Assembly (NCBI RefSeq): GCF_006345805.1 | Contig: NC_043000.1 | Coordinates: forward strand, 149,048,001 to 149,112,000 | DNA: 64,000 bases | DNA from: Octopus sinensis | Taxonomy: Eukaryota | Direction: 5' to 3' | Shown here: piece after piece, positions 23,101-33,707 of the stretch | How positions within the stretch are numbered: the stretch's first letter is position 1 | How the letters are laid out: each line of letters begins with the position of its first letter | Made by a program: the position numbers and the translations under genes | Notes under the pieces: generated by a model | The model's input: the letters and a program-made list of their open reading frames with translations, nothing else | The model's database searches: none | What the model was told of the DNA's origin: nothing

Positions 23101-23210
23101 ATCCTGTGTCTGTTTGCCGTGGTGGTCTGGTATATAGTGGGTAGTCCCACCTGCGGGCTTGGGTTTGATGAAGCCAGGTCAGCTGCTGTACAATCTTTTG
23201 TGCCATGCAC
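20106..23210 (-). CDS. LINE ORF2: APE endonuclease + reverse transcriptase
   Basis: 1034-aa open frame. EN motifs LLNIRGL, LTETHL, GDFN, LDLCFT, SDH; RT motifs YRPISLTS, QHGFR, YLDFAKAFD, GVPQGTVLGP, YADD, RDLG; CR1-like C-terminus SLERRR. The true start may be the downstream Met (MDTAGNN). Confidence 0.95.
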   Translation of the reverse strand: MHGTKDCTAADLASSNPSPQVGLPTIYQTTTANRHRMDTAGNNVHLTSILLLNIRGLQTLSNRTKIPFLRDFVACNQALCIALTETHLKPDIADAELHIPQYAVLRTDRKERSHGGVAMYIREDLTPQVLLSYSNSVCDTLIVHIRQLDVVVCATYRPPDAPSHVDKFEDCLIKIEEILTTLEQHIGVLLMGDFNLPNVRWPEGLSLPGMTRCERGQARSLLNLINTLYMEQVILQPTRAGNTLDLCFTNDMDLIHNVKVTPTLLSDHNMIELTMYGPKESTDMQPTRNPQNLSSLNYHKANWKQIEKEILKQNWPKCLSSPDIDVKLQQFMSVMQAICYKCVPERKATVHKNKIPRERKILMRRRTKFSNRLNKQIESSEKSRLKIKLLEIEKCLQLSHEKERADKEAWAIENIKSNPRAFYRYAKETATVHCRIGPLLEKDGTLTGKPMRVSEILNEQFKSVFTPPLGHLQITNPTDFFTTADIKSEAAMIDYIDIKEDDVTKAIDEMKTDSATGPDGFPAILLKACKRVLARPLQFLFQSFLAAGKLPGKLKEGKICPIHKGGSRAEAKNYRPISLTSHISKVMERIVRRKLITFLEENDLLPDTQHGFRPGRSCLTQLLQHYDWVLKRLLNHSNVEVIYLDFAKAFDKVDHGMICHKLRDLNIVGKLGEWLHDFLKDRSQVVVANGATSINTQIVSGVPQGTVLGPLLFIMALSDMPSATQRATITSYADDTKVSQAIQNPEDTKHLQCVPDEIYKWAEKNSMQFNAGKFQALYYQHAKLNAIPNEYTGPGGIAIPEAQSVRDLGIHMSDDATFHVHVAKLTMKCRRLAGWILRTFRTREQKTMMVLWKTLVLSHFDYCSQLWSPSSVKLITELEAIQRSYTKKIASMQNVSYWERLKRLKLYSLERRRERYAIIYVWKILEGSVLNFGIESYANARTGRHCVVPRTPNLPSRCRTRFCDSLGFRGPQLFNILPKNLRDLHGVDTDVFKMKLDLFLSGVPDEPTSQQEGQMRAAASNSLMHQIAVARKPP

Positions 23211-23650
23211 AAAAAAGATTGTTGCTCAGCAGCTGCTCTTTCGGCAACATCATGTTGGCTGTTTGTGGCGCGCACAACATCTGCGTACCTCCGCTTTGGG
23301 GCAGGTGGTGCGTAGTCCATCCCTTTTCTTTGTGTTGATGGTTTGTCCATCTGCCTCGTGTCTCTGTGGCAGGGTCCCCGATGTGCAAAGCGGCAGCCTG
23401 CACCTTCCTTTCCGTGCCAGCAGGAACCTCTCAGGTAGAACATACACACCCGTGTGCGCTGTTTGGTTCCATCCTTTGCGGTTCCACTTCTATTCCTGGT
23501 TGTTTCACTCTTTGGTCCTGCTTGAGCTTTTTCTTTTCCTTTAGCTCTTCCAGTCCTTCTTTTAGTTCTTCTTCCTCCCTCTACCTCTTCACCGGGTTCT
23601 CCGTCTCCATGGCCCTTGCTGCCGGTTGGAGAACTTGCACCTGGGTTCAC
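23054..23650 (-). CDS. LINE ORF1 C-terminal part: basic region + CCCH zinc finger
   Basis: CMFYLRGSCWHGKEGAGCRFAH = C-x7-C-x8-C-x3-H; overlaps the start of ORF2; begins at a GTG in the -1 frame relative to the upstream ORF. Confidence 0.7.
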   Translation of the reverse strand: MNPGASSPTGSKGHGDGEPGEEVEGGRRTKRRTGRAKGKEKAQAGPKSETTRNRSGTAKDGTKQRTRVCMFYLRGSCWHGKEGAGCRFAHRGPCHRDTRQMDKPSTQRKGMDYAPPAPKRRYADVVRATNSQHDVAERAAAEQQSFLCMAQKIVQQLTWLHQTQARRWDYPLYTRPPRQTDTGWTPPATTYTSPRYSY

Positions 23651-23964
23651 TTCCCGGGCAGGTTCTCATTCAAAACCTCCTCCTGGGCGTCCACCAGGTG
23701 GGGGTGACTTCTTTCATCGTCTCCATTCTTGCCATCTTTGCCCCGCTCGTTCTCAAAGATGGCATCAAGTGCGCCAATGTGCGACCGTACAAGCGCATAT
23801 GAGCGCACGAATTCCTGTCTCTTTCGCTCCATCTGAGCCGCTGTCCTCTTGTAGCCTCTGCTCTTCAGCGCAGCCGCAATCACCTCGCTAGGGCTATCTC
23901 CGCCGGCGCACTCCCATGCTCGTACGAATAAATCCAGCTCGTCACGTCTCCATGCTCTGGACAT
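23647..23964 (-). CDS. LINE ORF1 N-terminal part: Myb/SANT trihelix-like domain
   Basis: WRRDELDLFVRAW...EVIAAALKSRGYKRTAAQMERKRQEFVRSY fits the W-x3-E...W...IA..L...GY.RT..Q...K...Y pattern of Myb_DNA-bind_4/GT-1 domains (by eye). Confidence 0.7.
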   Translation of the reverse strand: MSRAWRRDELDLFVRAWECAGGDSPSEVIAAALKSRGYKRTAAQMERKRQEFVRSYALVRSHIGALDAIFENERGKDGKNGDDERSHPHLVDAQEEVLNENLPGK

Positions 23965-24019
23965 GCTGGATAATCCGTCTATCCGTTTATCTATCTAATT
24001 ATGTTCGAGAGAAGACAGG

Positions 24020-25140
24020 AAGATATTAAGGCTAATTAGAAGATAGAGTACTTGAAAAAGAAATATTAACAATATTAAAGTTTGTGTAAAAACGTTATTT
24101 GGGTAAAAACGTTATTTAATCTTAAGGCTAATTAGGAGATAGAGTATCTGAAAATATATTAGCAATATTAATATTATATTAGAGTGTGGGTAAAAAAAAC
24201 GTTATTTAATCTTAAGGCTAATTTGGAGATAGAGTATCTGAAAATATATTAGCAATATAAATATTATATTAGAGTGTGGGTAATATTAAACGTTATTTAA
24301 TTTAATCTTAAGGCTAATTAGAAGACAGAGTATCTGAAAAATTATATATACAATATTAAGCAATATTAACCGTTATTTAATTTAATCTTAAGGCTAATTA
24401 GACGTTATTAATATTAAACGTTATTTAATTTAATCTTAAGGCTAATTAGAAGATAGAGTATCTGAAAATATATTAGCAATATTAATATTATATTAGAGTG
24501 TGGATAAAAACGTTATTTAATCTTAAGGCTAATCAGGAGATAGAGTATCTGAAAATATATTAGCAATGTTAATATTATATTAGAGTGTGGGTAATATTAA
24601 ACGTTATTTAATTTAATCTAAGGCTAATTAGAAGATAGAGTATCTGAAGAATTATTAACAATATTAAAACAATATTAAACGTTATTTAATTTAATCTTAA
24701 GGCTAATTAACAATATTAAACAATATTAAACGTTATTTAATTTAATCTTAAGGCTAATTAACAGTAATTATTAACAATATTAAACAATATTAAACGTTAT
24801 TTAATTTAATCCTAAGGCTAATTAACAATAATTATTAACAATATTAAACGTTATTTAATTTAATCCTAAGGCTAATTAGACGTTATTAATATTAAACGTT
24901 ATTTAATTTAATCTTAAGGCTAATTAGAAGATAGAGTATCTGAAAAATTATTAACAATATTAAAACAATATTAAACGTTATTTAATTTAATCTTAAGGCT
25001 AATTAACAATAATTATTAACAATATTAAACAATATTAAACGTTATTTAATTTAATCCTAAGGCTAATTTGACGGTATCAATATTAAACGTTATTTAATTT
25101 AATCTTAAGGCTAATTAGAAGATAGAGTATCTGGAAAATT
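24020..25140 (-). repeat. Modular tandem array in the LINE 5' UTR (16 units)
   Basis: Core AAACGTTATTTAA(TTTAA)TC[TC]TAAGGCTAATT recurs with ~48-96-bp periodicity, separated by reshuffled AT-rich modules. Confidence 0.9.
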
Positions 25141-25554
25141 ATTATATCGAGAACAGATATTAAAAATGTAAACAAACAAAATGACGATCGCAACTTTAAC
25201 TAAGATGTGGGCCTAAGTGAAAGATAAAATAGAATAATAAATAAAATATGAAATAGATGAAATTGATACTTAATCCAACAATGTGGTCTGGATTATTTTT
25301 TGGTTTACGGGATTTTTTTCAGGAGAGATGCTTCTTTTTTCTTTCTTGCAGGAGATAACTTGATTCAGTTATTTTTGCACCATGTGCGTTTCGGTGAAAA
25401 TGAAAATTACTGTGTATATGTATATATTTATATATATATTTTTAAAAATATTTTTAACCAAAGTGTTGTAGTGATCTCTATGACTTAGAGTTTTACGTTT
25501 TGCAACTACAGTGGGTTATTTCGCCGTTCTATGCAGACTTTTTCACAGAGCAAA

Positions 25555-25587
25555 GGCAATCACGTCTTTCTCTGCTGAAAACGGAAC

Positions 25588-25590
<3 letters not shown>
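25555..25590 (-). promoter_or_regulatory. Putative internal Pol II promoter (DPE-like) of the LINE
   Basis: AGACGTG at 25567-25561, 24-30 nt from the element 5' end, as in Jockey/I-group LINE internal promoters. Confidence 0.55.
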
Positions 25591-25646
<56 letters not shown>

Positions 25647-25952
25647 CCCACCCACCCACAGACACACATGCACTTATTAAATCATAGTGGTGACTATTAA
25701 TTGAGTAATTGTGCATTGTGCCCTATCAGTGATTAATATCTTTCTTAGAAAAACTAAAATTGTACTGCATAATTTTGTCTATCTCCATTGCAAAGCCGCT
25801 GAAAACTTATCTCCTTGAAAGCCACCATCCAATTCATTATTCCAGTAAAGTACATAGAATGTATTTTCACTACTTTAAGTAATAAATTTATATATTTCCC
25901 CGTGATAAATTGACACCCTTTTTTTCTTCTTTTTTATACATCCGCTTTTAAT

Positions 25953-26005
<53 letters not shown>

Positions 26006-26016
26006 ATATATATATA

Positions 26017-26283
26017 TTGTAGCAAGAATTCAATGTTGTCACTATTGCTGCAAGAATTTCTTGCTACAATAGTTACAACATGAAATTCTTCCATCCTCTT
26101 GCTCTGTTAAAATATTTAAGAAAAATTATATTAATATATCTTGTCTGTTGAAAATCCATATTTGTGCAGCTGAAGGTAGCGCTGTATTTAAATTGATGTA
26201 ATGATTGCATCGTTCAATTAAATGGAGTCGCTTGAAACGGTCGTACTGCATTACTGCTTGAAATCCTGTTACTTATTTTGATT
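26017..26283 (+). mobile_element. Third, diverged copy of the hammerhead-bearing repeat
   Basis: Matches the foldback centre and arm; hammerhead at 26165-26250 has core CUGAAGG (conserved A9 lost); flanked by (TA)n and (TATG)n. Confidence 0.8.
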
Positions 26284-26382
26284 ATGTATGTATATGTATG
26301 TATGTATGTATGTATGTGTGTATGTGTGTATGTATGTATGTATGTATGTATGTATGTATGTATGTATGTATGCATATATATA

Positions 26383-26445
<63 letters not shown>

Positions 26446-26463
26446 CACACACACACATCCATA

Positions 26464-27316
26464 CTAGCGACCTGTATGGTGTTGAAATGTATTCATAAGA
26501 CACATATTGGTAACTATCGTAATGTCCGTTTTCCTTACAATAAAAGTTAAAAAGTATTTAAATATTGCATAACATAATTTTACGAATTTATTTAGAATAT
26601 CTAAATACAGAAAGTAATATAGATAAAAATAGAGAAATGTATTGTACGAAAATTATAAAACATTTACAGAATTTCAGTCTATACAATGCTCTTAACTTTT
26701 TTCTTTGGAACATATGTGAAGAGTTTTTGTAGGCTTGCTACACTGAAACAACCTACATACAATTGACCATGTGAGGAACAGCCCTCTTCTAGATGGAGAT
26801 TGACAACCTCCAGTGTTTGACCTTGAGACTAGTTAATGGTCAATGCGTAACTGACTCTCACTGGGAACTGCAATCGTTTGAAACGAAAGGGGACATTTGT
26901 TGGTATTAGCGGTATTCTAGGTATAAATACAATGTCTCCCTTACCACATCCAGTGAGGACTTTTGCTTCGATGATGTGAGGCTGTCGTTCAGTCACAACA
27001 CAGTCCGTGTACCATTGCACAATCTTGGCTGATCCAGGTTTCTGAGAAGCATGATGACTGCGCCCTTCCTCAATTCAAAGTTGTGTGGTGGCATACCGGA
27101 CGGTTCCAGACTGTTGAGGAATTCAACAGGATAATTCAACAGCATCGTCCTCGTCGAACACTTTGTCGATAGATTTATAGATGTGGTTACCTCCATCCCT
27201 GCTCTGTCTCACTTGCTTTTCTCCCTAATCCATTTCTCTCCGTCTCACGTATTTTTTCTCTTGAGAGAAAAAGAGAGATAAATAGTGACAGAGAGAGAAA
27301 CACATATACAACCAGA

Positions 27317-27364
<48 letters not shown>

Positions 27365-27584
27365 AAGAGAAGAGAGAGAGAGAGAGGGAGAGGAGAGAGA
27401 GAAAGAGAGGGAGAGAGAGAAAGAGAGGGAGAGAGAGACAGAGAGGGAGAGAGAGAAAGAGAGGGAGAGAGAGAAAGAGAGGGAGAGAGAGAAAGAGAGG
27501 GAGTGAGTGAGGAATGTGGGAGTAGTTAGGAATCTAAATCGAAGGGGATAGACACTCACACAACTACAGTTTTATATATATAGA
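26464..27584 (-). mobile_element. Internally deleted Helitron with H1 5' end and helicase remnant
   Basis: A|TC start at 27584 nearly identical to the H1 5' end; a CTAG|T at 26464 (hairpin unclear, so this end is uncertain). Confidence 0.7.
26700..27190 (-). pseudogene. Helitron RepHel PIF1-like helicase C-terminal remnant
   Basis: [30 protein letters not shown]...LCNGTR; IPRIPLIP...FKRLQFPVRVSYALTIN*SQGQTL...SHGQLYV; frameshift and stop. Confidence 0.9.
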
Positions 27585-28423
27585 TATAAAACTGTAGTTG
27601 TGTGAGTGTCTGTCCCCTTCGATTTTGCGGTGCAGTTTAAGCAAATTCGGGTATCTTATAGTCGTGATTCATATCGAGCCCGTCTGAGTATTAGCGCGCG
27701 TCTACGATGAGTCTACGATTTTAAAAATAATTTAACATCATTTTTTATTCCATTTTAATGCATAATTTTTCGTGTGTCGATGGTGCGGAGTTGGCGTCCA
27801 TGGTCACACCTGCCCCTGTGGGGAAGGGAGTGTAAGGAAATCAACGTCGTAATGCGTTGTCAAGGAGACCAGTGTTCTTTTAGAACAACGACTTCATGGC
27901 TTGAAGACACCAAAACAGAAATGGCTAAGAAAGCCCGAATTGGCATCTATAAGGGAAGTAACTCTCTAAAAATGCTTATATAGTTATTTCCCTTACAAAC
28001 CCGAGCAACGCCGGGCGATACTGCTAGTATATATATATAAAAGTAAGGTTGTGTGCTGTCTGTCTCCTACGATTTAGATTCCTAACTACTCCCACATTTT
28101 GTAGTGCAGTTTAACCAAAACCGGGTATCTTATAGTCGTGATTCATATCGAGCCCTTCTGGGTATTAGCGCGCGTCTACGATGAGTCTACGATTTAAAAA
28201 AAATTTACCATCAATTTTTCCCATTTTTAATGCATTTTTGGCATATATAAGGGAAGTAACTCTCTAAAAATGTATTATTAAATCTCAGAACGTAAAAAGC
28301 TACAGTAACAACCCCACCTTTGTGGTTAGCCATATTGAGATGGCTATTATACTTTACATCTCTAAAAATGCTTATACAGTTATTTCCCTTACAAACCCGA
28401 GAAACGCCGGGCGATACCGCTAG
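27585..28423 (+). mobile_element. Two tandem Helitron H1 variants
   Basis: Units end in hairpin+CTAG at 28027 and 28423; each has a different internal segment. Confidence 0.85.
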
Positions 28424-29254
28424 GTTAATATACTATTTCTTATCTTGTATGGCATTTAATTCCATATAGTATGGAATTAATTTTATATGGCACTAATGTC
28501 CTTATTCGTCTTTGTCGTCGCTATCGTTGTTGTTGTTGTTGTGTGTGTTTACGTGTGTGTTATTATCGTAGCGCTTGGGAAAATGGGAGGTGTTACATTC
28601 AAGCGTTTCCCAAGAGTAGTAGAAAACTTAATGAAACAGGTAAAACCAGAAATCGAATCTGGGTCGTAAACACGGTTCACCGGGAAATAACTTCGTACAC
28701 TCGGTGCTCACCACATATGTAAGGGCGTCCATACACACACATGCACACACATAATTGTGTGTCTGTATATTTATGAATGTTTCTATGTATGTATGTGACA
28801 CAAAAGACATTATATATATATATATACATGCGCACAAATATACATACGCGTGGGAGTATATTTGCACGTTTCACTGTCCTGATGCACACGCGCGCGCATA
28901 TATATACATATATAAACACATACACACACTCACACACACACACACACACACACACACCACACACACACACACACACGAGAGGCCACTCGCTAGAGAGGCC
29001 TTAAGCCAATAGGTTTTAGGATCTGATAATACGCCATAAAGCTATGGACGTGAAACCTAAGGTAATCCCATAAACCGGCCTTATTTAACTTTAATATAGA
29101 AACGAAGCCAAAGCACGCAGATTGAAGCCGCTTGGCAAAGATTGACTTTGAACTCTGCTGTGCATGCGCATTACGTTTTAACGTTCTAGCTCACTTTCGC
29201 TGTTTACAGCAGTGCTTGGAAGGAACGTGTGTAGCGTGTGATCGTCGCATTGCC

Positions 29255-29612
29255 CATGACAAAGAAAGTTGTCATCGCGGTACCTGCTCAGACGCCGACG
29301 GAAAGTTGTAGAAAGGGTATAGAAAGGAATGTATGAGTCGCAGACAAGTGTCTGAGTGGTTCAGATGTTTCCAAGATGGCTGGAAATAAGTCGATATTGA
29401 CGAACGTTGTGGGAGATCTGCAAACAGCAGAACTGAGAAAAACATCGCAGATGTGCATGCAGCTGTGAGGTAAAACTGTTGAATCACCATCCGTGAGTTA
29501 TCAGAGGATGGGCAGATTAGTTAAGGTTCAGTTCAGTCCATTATCACTGAAGATTTGTGTGTGAGATGCGTGTCAGTCACGTTGGTGCCAAACTACTTTC
29601 AGCTGACCAAAA
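29255..29612 (+). pseudogene. Mariner transposase N-terminal (HTH) remnant
   Basis: CMSRRQVSEWFRCFQDG...DERCGR...ITIRELSE...GSVQSIITEDL...LVP(K)..SADQK, with stops. Confidence 0.8.
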
Positions 29613-30769
29613 AGACATGCGCGTGTGTGTGAGAGAGAGACAGACTGAATGAGTGAAGGTGTGTCGTGATGATTGATGTCTTTTGAGGTACACACACATA
29701 TAGAAAATGTGACGCCATTATTGTTATCGTATAAAATATTTGCGATAGTTGATTTATGGTATAGATTATAATTTTAAAATTTTGAAATGCAAATATGTTT
29801 AGTTTGTAGCCGAAATAGTACTGAAACTTTCGATAGTCCATGCGTCAAAATCAGTATGCATACGGTATGGAATTCATAAGGAATATATATATATAGGACA
29901 GACTTCTTTCAAACTGAAACTATTATCTCACATTACAATAGAGACGTAATACTGAAATAGGGTAAGAGATGAGATTGCTTTGGGCTCGCATTAGGCAAGA
30001 AGTTGAAAATTTTTTTGGCCCATGATATTGCATGTGTAAAATTTGAATGGAATTGGTTGTGTCGTTCTCGAGTTTTAGGGATTCACACAGACAGATAGAC
30101 ACACAGACACACTTCTCATATATACATGCATGTAAAAAACGCGCGCGCGCACATACACTCGCACACATACATACATACACACACAACACATACACATATA
30201 ACGGCGGTAGAGTCCCGTCGTTTGACGATAATGGTTCAATTGTTCAATCCAGTGAATTATCTGCTCCTGAATATGCGAGTGGCTGAGTTTTGCACGAACA
30301 ACAACAACAACAACAACAACATCATCATCATCATCATTATCAACATCATCAAAAACAGCAGCAGTAGCAACAACAACAACAACAACAACACCCACTCGAT
30401 AATATAACCTATAGTACATTACAGTATTGAAACGTTGTTAAATAATCGAACTGCCGAGAATGCGTTAAATGTGCAAATCGGTTTATCCGATTTCCTTAAG
30501 TTACTCGTGGATAGATAAACTTGGTAGTTAAGTATAGTTTATAATTTATTTATTTTTATAATTTTTTCTAAAAAAGGGAAAAACGGTCATTTATCACCAA
30601 CAATGACAAGTACCACAAAGCAAACTGAGGGCCCACATCTGTGTATAAAAATGCACACTCTCACACATAGACAAACACACACAGACATTTCTTTTTCCCT
30701 GTCTCTGCAGCAATGCCTGGGCACCGTCATGAAGGATTTATTCGAATAAATCTATCCTCGTACTTATTT

Positions 30770-31085
30770 TTAAAGTCTAGTATTTATTCTATTTCTTTTG
30801 CCGAACCACTAGGTCACGGGAGCATAAACAAAAAAAATCAACTGTCATCAAGTGATGATGGTGGTGGGTCAAAAACTCACACACATCCAGACATACATAG
30901 ATACATACATACACACGCGCACACACACGACGGGCTTCCATTCAATTTCCGCCAACTAAATTCACGCATAAAATATCGGTCAGTCGGGAATATAATAAAA
31001 GATACTTGCCTAAGGTGCAGCACAGTGGGAATGAACCCGAAACCATGTGATTGGAAAGCAAGCTTCATAACCACACATCCTGCCT
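30770..31085 (-). mobile_element. Old SINE family B copy
   Basis: Degenerate match to the family B consensus. Confidence 0.7.
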
Positions 31086-31902
31086 GGTAAATAAACATCA
31101 GACATTGAAATGTATTTTCTTTTACTATTTAAGAATTTGGAGTAAAAATCTGAATTGCACAAAGGACTACATTCAGCAACCAAAAATACTGCGGCATCGC
31201 TGTTATCGCAGTCACCGCTAGTTTAGCCATATCCCGTCGTTGCAAACAATAATATAGATTCTTTACAGAATTTGCTAGTAGCTATAAATACGGCTTTGAA
31301 TAAGGGGCTATAACGGTAGGCAATACCGCTAAGCAATTCAGAAAATAAACTTGTCACATTAAAATATATTTGCTGTGTCAGGTTTTTGGGCAAAAATCTG
31401 AATTTATAAAAAAGAATGAGTCAAGTGTCGCATTGTTCGAACATAAACTAACAAATGGATCTATATCTGTGAAAACTGAGGGCAGTGTTTTTTAATTGAA
31501 GAGGAAGGCGCATCCGTTGGAAAAGAGAGAGAAAAAATACTAAAACCATTCATAAATTTCTTGCCTAAAGAATTCGCACTTTGTATTTAATAGGAAAATA
31601 TTTCTAAATAATTCATAAATGTGAGAGTGCTTTCGCCCGCTTAAGATAATGGATCACAACAGTATTGGAGCACATTCGGTCTGCCATTAAAAACAACAGT
31701 TTATCTTTTACTAGGCAACAGAACGGTTTAATTTAGTCAATACGGCACAATAATACTATACAGAAATATTACAATATCATTTACAAAATATTGATAGATT
31801 TACATGGAGTTATTATAATTCAAAAAGTTCTTTTCTCGTATTCGAGAAGTCAGATTGAGACTTCCATAAAAAAAAATTCATTATTTTCTGTTATTTCAGT
31901 AT

Positions 31903-32307
31903 ACTCTCTTTACTCTCTTTTACTTGTTTCAGTCATTTGACTGCGGCCATGCTGGAGCACCGCCTTTAGTCGAGCAAATCGACCCCGGGACTTATTCTTT
32001 GTAAGCCCAGTACTTATTCTATCGGTCTCTTTTGCCGAACCGCTAGGTGACGGGGACGTAAACACACCAGCATCGGTTGTCAAGCAATGCTTGGGGGACA
32101 AACACAAACACACAAACACACATATATATATATATATATATATACATATATACGACAGGCTTCTTTCAGTTTCCGTCTACCAAATCCACTCACAAGGCAT
32201 TGGTCGGCCCGGGGCTATAGCAGAAGACACTTGCCCAAGATGCCACGCAGTGGGACTGAACCCGGAACTATGTGGTTGGTAAGCAAGCTACTTACCACAC
32301 AGCCACT
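31903..32307 (-). mobile_element. SINE family B
   Basis: Near-consensus copy. Confidence 0.9.
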
Positions 32308-33187
32308 ATATTAAGATAGTTTCTTTATCTCATCTCGTTTAAAGCAAGATGAAGTTAATACATCTCATCTAACCTACTTAATATCTTTCATTCGCATTCA
32401 GTCTTTCTCCATTGTTATTCCGGGTTTGATTAGTACCTTGTCCTTTCATTAATTTTCATTTTACTCATGCTTTTGTCATTCACTTAACCTTAAGATAAAC
32501 ATGCGCTTATGATTTCGTCAGTTCCTCAACCAACACAAAACAGATTATTTCATACAAACCCATCCCAAATATTGAGGCTGACTAGTAACAGTGGCATTTC
32601 GATTTTTTCTCTTTTTTAATTCTCATGTATTGACTTCATTTAGGCATAGAGTAAATTCGAACCGGAATCTGCCAATTTCCCTAAACATTGCAACAGCATT
32701 TTTCACACAGAAAAACAATAGTGATAGCAGTGAGATTGATCATATGGCTTTGCCACTTGACCCTTCCAACCTCTTCTAGGCCATGAAAAGTTAGAATTGA
32801 GATTGTAGAACGACCGTGCGAAGAAGAGGTGACGATGAATGGCTCCTTTAATACACCACACGGTCGATTACAATAAGTAGGAAAAGTATGAATGTAGTAC
32901 AAATGCCAGAAAGAAAAGAGACGACATAACCGGTAGAATGTTAAGAGAAGATTTTATTGATAGGTTATGATGTGTGTCTGTGTGTCTGTGTGTGCGTCAT
33001 ATATGCATAATAATAGTAACAATAGGCAGGCCGTCATGTATACATAATGTGTATGTGTGTGCATAGTTGAATGCGTGTGTGATAAGTACAGAGCAATGAA
33101 AGAGTCTATAATGGACGCTAGAAGAATGTTCAGACACAAAGATGAATAAATACCAGTTCGTAGTCAAGGTACACGATAGTGAAGTGC

Positions 33188-33707
33188 TGTAACAAGAAGT
33201 TGAGGCGAAGGAGCAGAACCGGTTGAGGCACTATGCTACTGCCGGTCACTTTATACAGGAGTTCTCGCAGGTTGTACATGCTGTTAACCATGGTGAAGTA
33301 ATTCACAAACAGTGAGGAGATAAACCTGAGCGAGTGTTGCTGGTTTCTGTGTACGTAGTGAGATGTTGTTGATGACGTTAAGATGACGCAGGCGACGAAG
33401 ACGGAGATAGCCGTATGCTGTTGGTCGAGTGTTGATAAGTCTCCATTGTGGCTGCTGGTGTGCTGTCGCTGGACCTGGCTGTGTCCTGTGTGGTCAGCGG
33501 CTAGACCTAAAAGGGTCTGGAACCGACTGACATCCAGACGGTGTTGAAGCTACTGTTTTATAGTGTACTATCGGGTCACTGGAATGTTTGGAAGAGACTG
33601 TCTCACGTAACCTTATCAGAAGCGATTGGTTGGGTTGCACATTGGCGCGTAACAGAGCAAGAGACAAATTGCAGCAATACCAACCAATCTGAGTAGTGGA
33701 CACAACA
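33188..33707 (-). mobile_element. Possible solo LTR
   Basis: TGTTGTG...TGTTACA termini, CCAAT boxes, TATAAAA; homologous to 34600-34966; no TSD seen. Confidence 0.45.

Larger units (their letters stand above)
20018..25590 (-). mobile_element. Apparently full-length CR1-group LINE (~5.6 kb)
   Basis: 5' UTR with AGACGTG motif and repeat array, ORF1 region, open ORF2, short 3' UTR, (AATC)n tail; (TA)n on both flanks. Confidence 0.93.
18623..25953. repeat. Large foldback (inverted repeat) interrupted by the LINE
   Basis: 18890-19400 is the reverse complement of 19480-20017, and 18623-18890 is the reverse complement of 25640-25953; the LINE lies in a (TA)n tract of the right arm. Confidence 0.9.

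Noticed and set aside
23645-23660. Programmed -1 frameshift joining the ORF1 parts
   Set aside because: CCC GGG AAG TGA is not an X XXY YYZ slippery heptamer in the right frame; a copy-specific indel or separate ORFs are more likely.
21120-23891. Plus-strand ORFs antisense to the LINE
   Set aside because: Shadow frames of the coding strand with no independent motifs.
24020-25140. CRISPR array
   Set aside because: Spacers are reshuffled copies of each other with irregular length, there are no cas genes, and the context is a eukaryotic LINE UTR.
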